A stretch of DNA of 64,000 nucleotides, from assembly GCA_907165135.1 (NCBI GenBank), contig OU015569.1:10478001-10542000 (forward strand), in the 5' to 3' direction. The stretch is from Oikopleura dioica (lineage: Eukaryota; Animalia; Chordata). The translations under genes and the position numbers were made by a program. The notes under the pieces were generated by a model. That model saw only the letters and a program-made list of their open reading frames with translations. It had not been told where the DNA came from and made no database searches. Positions 40,025-50,261 of the stretch are shown here, one piece after another. The stretch's first letter is position 1; each line of letters begins with the position of its first letter.

Positions 40025-40638
40025 TCATTTCCTCGTTTCTGCGCTTTTCTTCCCTTCGTCTTCTTCTCTTTCGCTTCTCCTGTTCGTAATTGTTGATCCT
40101 ATGAGAATTTTTAACGAAGAATACAAGTCAACCCTACAGTTTGTTCGCTTCTTCCAGCTGTCGTTTCATTTTCGCGAGGTCTTCCTTTGCGGCTTCAGCT
40201 TCCACCTCCATTCCATCAATGCTATGAAAAGTGTAAATTGGGATTCAAAATAGATCGTTAATTTACTTACATATTGATCGCTTGATTCAGTTCTTGGGCC
40301 AATTCTTTCTGTTCTTTTTCCTTCGTTATTAGCTTCTGCTTCAGTGCTTGATTTTCGTCTCGTATATTTTTCATCATCAAAGCGATTTCGTCCGTTCCTG
40401 CGCAAACTCGCGCTGTCGCTTTTTCCATGCTGTCGAGGCTCTGATTCATCTCCCGCTGAAAATATTATTTATTGCTTTATTCATGTTTATTTATTATTAA
40501 AAAAGATATGCTATGATTAGTTTTAAGGCGTCAATACAAACTTACCATATTTTGAACGGCTCGCTCAGATTCTCCTTCGAGCCACGAGTCTAGCTCCATG
40601 ATGGAGCTCTCGAATTGTGTAGCTGGCACGTCGGACAT
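40025..40638 (-). CDS. Uncharacterised small coiled-coil protein, 4 exons
   Basis: MSDVPATQFESSIMELDSWLEG..|REMNQSLDSMEK..ELNQAIN|IDGMEVEAEAAK..ANKL|INNYEQEKRKRRRRREKSAETRK*. An acceptor CTTTAG lies 4 nt before the ATG. Confidence 0.65.
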
Positions 40639-40982
40639 CAATCTAAAGTTCCGTTATCTAGCAAAAAAAAAATTAATGCACGAGTAGAGAAAGTAATCGG
40701 AAATTTAAGGTCAAGATTCATGAGCAGAAAAAAATCAAAAGAAGTCGTCTATGTCTGCATTACTGTCTATTTTCACTAATGCTGTTGAAACATATTCTAG
40801 AAAAACGCTCATTATGAAACGTAACCAACTGGTTTTTTTTGGGTAAAATTGGAAATATTCTCGCAAAAAATACGATTGCGCCTGCAAACCGCACAAAAAA
40901 GACAACAAAAACTCATGTTATATTTGGATTCCTATATTGATAAAGAGGAATGTAAAAACAGTGGAAATGCAGAGAGAAAAGC

Positions 40983-41841
40983 TCAGTTCTGAGCATCATC
41001 TTTGGCAGCTTCGCCCTGAGCGGCTTCATCGTCTTTCTCCGCAGCCCCGTTTGCATCTTCCTCTAGAAAGAAACAAGTATTAAAAGTGATTCTGTTAAAA
41101 AGTTACTCACCTTTGATATCACCGAGGATGTGTTGAACGATTTCAGCGCTGTCGACGCTCTTCATTTCTTCCTCGGCGGCGTCGATGAATCCCGGGATCT
41201 GGTAAGGAATTTCTTGAGACGGTCCGACCTCGCTTCGAGCTCCTTGGGAGTTCTGCTCCTTGTCTTTTGGAGGCTCTTGAGTGGAGCAGGCAGCTGGATC
41301 GCCGGTCACTTCGTCTGAAAAAAATCTCATTGAAAAGATAAAACAATAATTTTCTATTTCGATGAATTCTTACCGTGATCAGCCAAAAAAGACGCAGTCA
41401 TCTGATGAGCCTTTTTTGTTGGGCTCGTTTCCTCGTCGTCCTCGAGCGGTCGCTTTTTCGTGGCCTTCTTTTCGGCTCGCTCTGAACAAATCATTAGTTT
41501 TAGCGCGAAATCATAGAAGAATACCTTCGGGAGATGCATCTCCATTTTCGAACATAACTTCGACCCGGTCCGCAGTTTTAAATTGCTCGTTGAAGAAACT
41601 CTTGTCGCCGGAGATGATCTCGTCTTCCTGCGGCTTTTCTTGGGAAGAGAGCTCTTCCATTTTCTGGGAGAGCTGTTTCACCTCAGCTAGCGGCTAGAAA
41701 AAGGATTAATTGAAAGAAGGAAAAAAGGAATCTTACCTCAGTTTGGGAAGAAGAATCAGCTGGTTGGGAAGGCTGCTTGAACTGGTCCTCCTTTGGAATC
41801 TCCTCCTCGGTGGCTTTGGTCATCTCTGGCTGAGAACCCAT
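40983..41841 (-). CDS. Uncharacterised acidic disordered protein with bipartite NLS-like motif, 5 exons
   Basis: MGSQPEMTKATEEE.. with GT-AG flanked exons; contains KKRPLEDDEETSPTKK; ends AAKDDAQN* (TGA at 40985-40983). Confidence 0.65.
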
Positions 41842-42436
41842 CGTAAGCTTTATTTGCCTTTTTTTATTTTCTCAATTTGACAAAATGTGAGCTTCTTCGA
41901 CGGGCACAGGCCTTTTTATACGGCAGTTTCCACGTGGAAAAGTTTTCGAGCCAGTTTCGGAGTCCCTGGTTGGTTTGAAACTCAACTCCTTACTTTTTTT
42001 TTCTTCGAGAAGGCCACCTCCGCTCGAAAGGGCGCGAGAACTGTCCTCGTTGACGCCCGAGACAGCGAGAGAATTTTTTCGCTGTCTCTCAGACAACGGA
42101 AAAATGGCTATTCTCCTCTTCTCTTACTATCAAGAAAATGCGCTTGGAATCTGCGAAAAAATGCCAGCACAAACCAACCCTTTGATCATACTATAGATCC
42201 AGACTAAAGATGGACTACAGAAAGACTCTTTACTATCATATAATATAACAATATAACAGCTAAACATCTATACTATTATCTACTTCTTCTATTTTTATAT
42301 TGTAAAAACACACACATGAGAGAGTCTTTCTTCACTTAATCAATTTATTTATTGTAGAGACAAATAAATTTTATTTTATTAAAAAGCGTGTTTTGTAAAT
42401 TGGCAGTGAAAATGACGATGAGAAGATGATTTTTTT

Positions 42437-43369
42437 CTAGTTGAAAATGCGCTCAAACTTCATCATGTTTTCCTGGTGGCGACGTTTTTGTTCTTCTCGG
42501 TCTTCTTCCACCAGTGTCATTTCGAACTGATTGCAACCAGCTCCGCCATTAGCCCGCTCTAGAAAACTTATTCACGGTCCATATTGTTGGGACTTGGCTC
42601 ACCTTCGAATTTGTTTTTGATCATTTCCATTTTTGACTGATTGAAGTGCGGCGGTTCAATCTTGTTTCTGTTCGCGAAGGCGCGCTTTCTCGAGATCTCG
42701 TTAGTCGCCGCCGCGTTATCGAAGATCTTCTTTCTGTTCTCGAATCTGTTCGGCGAGAGAACTTGCGAGTAGCTCTTCAGTTCCGTTGCCGATCGCTGCC
42801 GCGGCGCTGGTGCCCCTTCCTGGGCGTTTTCTTTCTCGGCCGAAGCGCGGAAAGATCGCAAGGAGGACGCCCGCAGCTTGAATTCCGCCACTGGTTCGAC
42901 TTCTGCATTCGTCTTTTTCGGCAAAGAGTTCGTGCTTCCGTCGACAGTTCGTCGAACGAAACGAGCTACAACTTTCGAAAGCTGATTAGCGCGTTTCAAC
43001 AAATATATTATTTTACCTTTTTTCGGCGGCGACTGATTCTCTCTGATCGGAGTCGAAGTTTTTCGACTCGAAGTAGTCCTTGTTGATTTCTCCTCAATCA
43101 GTTCTAGAGGCGCAGTGATCTCATCGACAGCGAAATCTGCTTGCTCCTCTTCTTTCGCATCGTCAATCTCATCCTCCTCTAAAATCCATTTTAAACTCGT
43201 ACAGGTGGAGATAAAGAGGCAAACCTGAGAAGGACATGTGCTCCAAAAGCTCGCTAGTAGTTGGTTCGTCAGAGAAGACGCTTCCGCAATCCGAATTCGA
43301 TGCATCCGAGAAAATAGAAACATCCGAATCTACTTCAGGAAACAGCTCCATTTCTGTATCTCTTTTCAT
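42437..43369 (-). CDS. Uncharacterised low-complexity protein; last exon duplicated at window start
   Basis: MKRDTEMELFPE.. spliced into the 42568-43323 frame. The final intron GAAG|GTGAGCC..TTCTAG joins KNKFE|ERANGGAGCNQFEMTLVEEDREEQKRRHQENMMKFERIFN*. Confidence 0.7.
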
Positions 43370-44048
43370 TTTATGCTCTTTTCACAAATGCTAACTCAAT
43401 GCGAATGAAGCTACAAGCTGCAACCGGGAAAGAGGCAAATCGTTTTTCAGATATTATCATTTCAGTTTGACTCCAGCGCCCCACCGTCTTTCAATTTGCT
43501 CGAAAATCAGCAATAAGATTATGAAAAATTCGCCTGCTAGAAACTGCAATAACAAAAGAAGAAGACTGTGGAATCTATTTGTTATATCTCCCTTTTTTAT
43601 AAAAGAGCGATAGATAGGTATTATAAATAGCAGAAATGATGATCAATTCTGATCGTCTTGCTTCGCATCTTCTTGAGAGGCTTCATCGTCGGATAAGTCG
43701 CTCTCAGCTTATCCTGGAGTTTTGAAAGAATACTGAATATGAAATTCGGATAGAAGTGACTTAATTATATAAAACTTAATAATAATAAATATAACAACTA
43801 AAAAATCGCACTGCATTATCAAAAATTGAGATGACTTTCGACAAGGAAGACAAGGTCTATGAAAGCATCACATGAGCAGAAAAATAATAAAAGTTACGCA
43901 AAGGACAAAAAAGCATCTAGCAGGTTCATTGAGGTCTTCAGAACAATGCCTACTTTTTAGTACCTGAGTCATTAAAAGGCGGCCAAACAAAGAAGAAAAC
44001 CATTAACAATCCTCGGGTTCTGTTTAGTTGGTCAGTCTTGTCTATCGC

Positions 44049-45555
44049 ATGGCTGTTTTAACCAGAAATACGAATAGAGATATTTTCTGCGACGAAAGTA
44101 AAAGTGAATGGTAATTCAAGCAACCCCATTTCCGGAAATCAACTACTTCTGCTTTTAGTCCGTTTGTGACGATCAACAGATTCGCGATCGGAAACCGTTA
44201 CGGCGACATCTTCTACTGCGTCTTTGCTGCTCTAGGTTTCGGCTAAGGATTGACAAATCTTCTTTTCTACCATTCAAAAGATCCAGAGCATACGAGAAAT
44301 TAATCCTTTGGCAAGCGTGTTTCTGATAATTTTACTTTTATTACTGAGCTTTGTCATACTGAAATGGAAGCGCGAAAACGACGGTGAAGAGTACGTCCTT
44401 AGGCGCAGATCGATTCGCTTTTCCGAAGAATCTCAAGATTTAGAAGAGCTTCCCGAAATTCCAGAAGTTCGCCAGACTTATCCAAGGCGGTCTAGGTAAG
44501 ATTCAATGACGATAGTTTCAGCTAGACGAGTTTACCTTTTTTTCAGTTTGCGAAACAACAACAGTTTTCTATCAGTAAAGAGCGTTCGCTTCTCTTCAAG
44601 CTCACAGGTACTCCAAGAGGAAAGAAATGTTTCTTGAATAATTTTCCTTCAGACATTTTCGTACCCTCGCGATCCAGACCCCTGGGCTCGGCAACCTGTG
44701 TTAAAAACCTGAATCAGCGGCTTTGCTGGATTTTTTTATAGATTGTTATTGAAATACGTTTATGATGATGATGCATAACATAAATTATAGCCTATAGCCT
44801 GCAGGAAGTGAACGACAAGCAAAAAGTTGGTCGCTCTTCAAAGTTAGAGTCGACAACTTTTTTTTCATTTTGGCTCTTTTTTTGGAGGTGGAAAATTGAT
44901 TTTATTCAGAACACAGTAAAGTTAGAGGCTTTCTTTAGCTAGATCTCTGTTCTTGCCGTCGAACTTTTCGATGATGAGCCGGGTGATGAGTTCCTCGATT
45001 TCCGATGAATTGAGGAGCAGCATCATCCTTGAAGCCTCTTTACGACTCTTCGAATTCCTGAAAAAAATAATTAGTTGTGAAAAAACACATCAAAAAAGTG
45101 ACTTACCGAAGAAAAGACTGTTTTCGGACTTTCAAACTTCGAAAGTTTCAAAGTGAGCGTCAAATGAACAACAGGCCTCACAACGGGACCGATTCTAGAG
45201 ACGATTTTCAGTATTTTTCGAAAAATCGTCCGATCAGCGAAAAACACATCGTCTTTCTCGAAGAAATTACTGTAAAGAGAGACGAAAACGATTAAAATCA
45301 AATTATTTGCTTAACCATTGAATATATCCGAGATGAAAGATACGTTTTTTGAAAAAGCCGCTGTGCGGATTTTCCTTTCAGCTCTTTCAGACACTGACTG
45401 AGGTTTTCTACACAGGTTGCCGAGCCCATCCAGACCCAGGACCGGCCTTCGTGGATCCAAGAGCGCCAAGTCCCGTGGACGATTTCGAAGACCTCCTCGA
45501 TGAAGAACCAAAGAAGAAAAAGTCCTTGTCGAAACGAATGAGCTCGATATTATGA
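44049..45555 (+). CDS. Small single-pass membrane protein with two RVxF-type motifs; last exon interrupted by a hAT element
   Basis: Exons MAVLTRNTNRDIFCDESKSE|CPFVTINRF..|..PLASVFLIILLLLLSFVILKWKR..RSIRF..|SLRNNNSFLSVKSVRFSSSSQ|TFSYPRDPD[insertion]PGPAFVDPRAPSPVDDFEDLLDEEPKKKKSLSKRMSSIL*. Removing the insertion plus one TSD restores the frame exactly. One acceptor near 44280-44300 is ambiguous. Confidence 0.7.
44682..45429. mobile_element. Non-autonomous hAT DNA transposon, 748 bp, 8-bp TSD CCAGACCC
   Basis: The TIR core TGGGCTCGGCAACCTGTGT (44683-44701) perfectly pairs with 45410-45428 and extends imperfectly to ~36 bp. TSD CCAGACCC at 44674-44681 and 45430-45437. An 8-bp TSD and a GGG-TCGGCAAC-type TIR are hAT hallmarks. 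Confidence 0.9.
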
Positions 45556-46084
45556 TACTATTTAATGTTTTTACTTTGCTTCACTGCTTCTAAGCTACTA
45601 AATAAAACAGTGGAAAATTCGAATTCGTTTCTTTTCGAAAAATGATAACATAATTTGATGATTCTGTCTCAATTTCACGCTCGATCAAGCTACAACTCAT
45701 CTGAAGTAGAACGCCTTCTTTTCTCGACGATGAAATCAAAGATGCAAAACCGAACCGAAAGTGGGCTGATCCAGGATTTTTGAATTTCATTTTTAGCAAC
45801 CAGCAAGTCCAAAAAAACTCATAAAAAAGAGTAAACGTCTGAAAGAGTAACGTCTCAACGGTTGAATTACGACCAAAGCTTTTGTCTTTTTTCCGCCAGC
45901 GAGAACAAAAAAATCGAAAATAAAACTTATGCACGTAAAGTTTATTTCGTACTGAAGAACCCTACTTATCAGGTATAAACTGGCTTATCTGCAAGCGCTT
46001 ATTTTTTCAGTGAAACTCAATTTTATGCCTGATTTTCGACACGTTTCTGCTTTGTTTTTACAGAGTCTGGTTCTCATGATTTCG

Positions 46085-46510
46085 TATGAATATCAATGAT
46101 TTTAAGCGGGCTGCAGTCGTTAACTGACATTTTTGAATCACAAGGTACTACTTAACGCCGAAACGCATGGCGACCAATTAATTGGTACAACGCCCTTTAA
46201 TGCCATTTCGACACATTTAGAAATTTGCATATTTACTCATATTAATGAAATAATATGGGTAAAATATGGAGATGAAATTGAAGCTAAGCGTCTAAGAATT
46301 ATTAATCTCTATCATCTTAACAATAAACAAATCAGTTTCATTGTTAAAAAGAGCTGAAAGGGGCATGCCAATTAATTGGTACGGTCTGCGTTCAGCATTG
46401 AAAAAATTTTATGCGTTCCGGCGTTAATAAACTCGTAAACCCTATTTTGGGATTTTGAAATAAGGGTGTCACAATGTTAACTCTCCGAGAAAAGACGGCT
46501 TGAAAATTAT
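46085..46510. mobile_element. Degenerate inverted-repeat element related to the 23393-23774 family
   Basis: TTAACGCCGAAACGCAT (~46152) pairs with ATGCGTTCCGGCGTTAA (~46410). AAATAAGGGTGTCACAATGTTAACTCT (46458-46484) differs by 1 nt from the reverse complement of 13103-13129. Confidence 0.55.
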
Positions 46511-46888
46511 TCATAAAATAATTATCTCTTTGAAAATTTGATGATTTTGAATGAAAATTATCAAAAGAAAAAGACGGCCTTTCCATCCTTTTTAAAAGCT
46601 CGCGGTAATTGAGTACTAAAAGGGGTTAAAAGTAAAAGCAAAAAAATAGTTATTCGCCCCCTGGCGCATCGGCTCGATGATCCGAGCTGAGTTCTGGGCT
46701 CAATGAACCACTTGGGTTGAATTTTGACATTTTTGATTTGGAATAGATCGAGCTGCCACCACTATGCCAAAAAATTTTAAATTTTAGAGACATCCGCTTT
46801 CACCCCAAGCCCCGATCGCGCTGAAGCTAAAGTTAGAGACGCTGCGCCACTGAAAATATCATTACAAGGCTTAGACGCTAAAAGAAAC

Positions 46889-49441
46889 ATGGCCACAACT
46901 CACAACAAGAATGTTATTTTTCTTCTTCTCTTTTTGATTGCGCTGGTGCTGGTGGATATCAAGGCACGCTGGACACAAGTAAGTTTCTTTTTATTATTTT
47001 CAAAAAATTATTATTCAAATTTAATTGACTGCGTTTGATAATAAGGACCTCTCATTGAGAGGCTCTCAAGATAATAGTCGTCCGTAATAGTCATGATAAG
47101 ACTTTGCAAAAATACTTTTAGCTACTGTAGGGCCGACAGTAAAACATAATCAGTCGTTCTTTTGTTTTTTTTATAAATTTAATTTTTTTAATTAATTTAG
47201 GACTGTTTTGACCTTGAGTACGCAAAAGCAGCAGCTGGTTCCGACAACATAGACGATTTACAACAGAACAACGACGTGCTAGAAACAACAGAGGAAAAGA
47301 AAGAACACTCTCCACCTTCAGAAGTTATCTACCATCCAATAATCAAGAGCGAAGAAAATGAAGAGAAGCAAGAAGTTGTTGATGGAGCGACGGCGAGTCC
47401 TGAACTCGAAAAGTTTCAAAACAATCACGTCGTCCAAATGACCGCTGTGGTCAGTAGCCCGGTCCTGACGGATGCTGAATTAGAATACGTCCTCAGTAGA
47501 GTCAAAATGGGACCAGAGCTCGATGAAAACTGCAAAATCCAAAAAGGAATCGGCTTGAAACGCTCTCATCTTCAACTTTTCCTTGAAGAAAAGGGGGAGA
47601 GACAGTCTGTTATATAGTCGCTAGAGATAAGCCGCTTGTAAAAATAACTCATAATTTATGAGATATGCAGACGGCCAAATTATTCTTATCGAAAATAATT
47701 CCAAAATACTCTTATCAAATCTCTTTCTATCGGAAGAAATAGAAATTCAAAAGCCAAAAATGAGATCTTTTTTTCCTAAAATCGTCGAAAACGGGCTCTA
47801 CCACGATGATGTCAATTTTCCAGCGCTTCGGGTTGAAATACAATTCACGCTTTTTGATGGGCGAGAATCGCGGCGGTATGGCAGTGAATTCGCGCCCGGT
47901 TAATCTCGAAGATGACTGCTGGCTTGGCAAGAATATTGATGGATTGAAGTTTGACTTGAGTTGCAATCATCTCCACTGGAACAAGACGGTTATCGACGCG
48001 CTAATGGTCGATGGGTACAAGAGCATTGGAATCGCTAGAGAGCCCAACAGTCATTTCATCTCCTCGTTTAACTTTTACCACAATCTCATGCCAAAAGTAA
48101 GAAATTTCAATCAGTAGGGACTTAGTAGAGATGAATTATGTCGTCAGAAAAATAAGAAACTTATTTGTATAAACAATAGAGGAGCTAGACTGTCGAGGAG
48201 GCATTTTTTTATTTTGTGTAACAATAGTTTATTTTTAGTCAGCACTAAGTTCTGTCTGTTTCATAACATTTTTCAGTTCACTTACATGCTGAATCCCAGC
48301 GCGCCATACAACCAAAAGCGCCGGCGGGTAAGTTCCCGAAAACAGCTCATGTCGATGAAGCCGTCCAAAGAAGACATCATTGTCGAAATGAAAGAATTCC
48401 TCAAAAATCCATGGGTTAGTTCGATGATCAAGTTTGAAATACCATCATTCTTTTAGTTCTATTTATCGGACATGGGGAATAACTCCTTCGCATACATGGC
48501 GAACGTTCGCCCACAACTGCTGTTTTACGGAAAATCGCGAAATAACGTCGCAAGCTATGATCAAGGGTTGACGCGCGAGGACGTGCTCGATTGGATTCAG
48601 GGTAAGTCTTCCTCCGGCGACTGCTGTCAGCTGCACCGGTGGTTTCTTCTTTTCCCAGAGTTGGAGAAAGTAAACTCGGGTTTAGACATCATGGCTGGTT
48701 TCGATCTGATGATGGTGCTTGAGTACTTTGACTACTCATTAGCGATGATGTCGTTACAGTTTTGCATCCCCGTCGAAGATCTAGTCTACATCGCAGTCAA
48801 CCAGAGACACGAGACGACGGAAAATAGCGCCAAGAAAAAGCCTCCACTTGATGATGAGGATCTCCAGCGGCTCAAGGAGCTTAACTGGCCGGACTATCTT
48901 CTTTACCAAGGTAGGATTACGGAACCCGAGACGAGAGCATTCGTTATCCTGAGAGTCTGTTTGTTTAGGAGTTAAATAGTCCCTTTTGTTTGTAAATTTA
49001 TGAATTTTCAAGCATTGAACACAACCTTCTGGCGACGAGTAGAGTTCTACGGCGAGGAAGTGGTCAAAGAGCGGGCTGATAAGATCATCGAGCTCTCACA
49101 CCAGATCAGCTCGGAATGCATCGACTTCGAGCGCGAGGGCGCAAACAAACTCGTCGACCGCGTTTTTCTCTTGGAGAACAAGCAAGACAATTCCACCTGT
49201 CTCCAACTGCAGTTCCAAGGAGTCAGGGCCACCAAGCTGTTCATGGGTAAGAGTCGAACAAAAGACCGAGCTCTTTACTTTTTGCCTAGTTCATCAAGTA
49301 GAAGAGCTGCGAGAAATGACCAACAACAAGTACGAATTCTGCGGGCCAAAGATCGTCTACGGCGAAGAAGCGCACAACTATCTCAAGTGGAGGGACAACT
49401 ATCTCCGCATGTACAGAGCCGTCAAGGGCGACTTCGACTGA
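46889..49441 (+). CDS. Galactose-3-O-sulfotransferase (GAL3ST)-like Golgi sulfotransferase, multi-exon
   Basis: Type II anchor MATTHNKNVIFLLLFLIALVLV. PAPS loop FLKSSKTGSTTMMSIFQRFG. Family blocks FDLSCNHLHWN, IAREPNSHFISSFNFY, FDLMMVLEYFDYSL..EDLVYIAVNQR and LKELNWPDYLLYQ|ALNTTFWRRV. Confidence 0.88.
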
Positions 49442-50261
49442 GACGAAGCTGTTTAGAAAAAAGTCAATCACACGAATTATGAAAAAAGCACCCTGTCAAT
49501 GTCTTCAACAAGAACAAAAACGAGTTTCTAGAGTTTTCAATGAAAAAATTCCTGCCATGCTAATTATAACTTTATTTAACTGAAGCTTTCTTCATTAAGT
49601 GTTACAGTAATTGTCGCTCGCTGAAGTAAATAAGTACAAGGAGAGACCCTTAATGAAAAGCTAGGAATATTATGATAATTTCAGAGGAAGTTGTACTGTA
49701 CCTTTATGCTTTCTCGAATTTACAATAAATCTACGTTCAATTAACCGGGTTGTTTTTGGATGTTATTCTTTATATTGAAGGATGTAATTGATATTGAAAG
49801 CATATACGAATCATAAAATAGGGTGAACTATATGTACAGACATCTATATTATATAGACTGTATATTTATAATTTTATTATAAAATATATTCCGGGGGGTT
49901 TCTTGTTGATGCAATAAAATTGACACAATAAAGAGGCAAAGAATAAGACTCTAGTCCCTTTCAACGAGAATTGTTTTTGACGAATTTATTGAAGAAAGGG
50001 GTTGTTCGGCTGCAGCAAAGTCCAGGTAGAATAAAAATAAAAACTCTCAGGAAAATAAAAACGAGGGCAGAACTTTGAAGGTTCGTTTTAGAAACAGAAA
50101 AAAAAATTGGAAAAGGGAAGGACAAAATACTAAAAACAGGACGGACTGGGCGCGTTTTTTTCTTTGTTTTTTTTGAATTAATGCACTTTTGCCAGGCTAA
50201 TTTTTTTCGCTGTTGATTTTCTTTCGTTCGTTTCAAATAAGTTGGTGGTTTTTTGGTGTTT

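Noticed and set aside
43638-43727. 29-codon ORF after a TATAAATA box
   Set aside because: Too short, with no homology or splice support.
46611-46629. Possible piggyBac-type end (TTAA CCCC TTTTAGTAC on the minus strand)
   Set aside because: No partner terminus was found, and it is too short to call.
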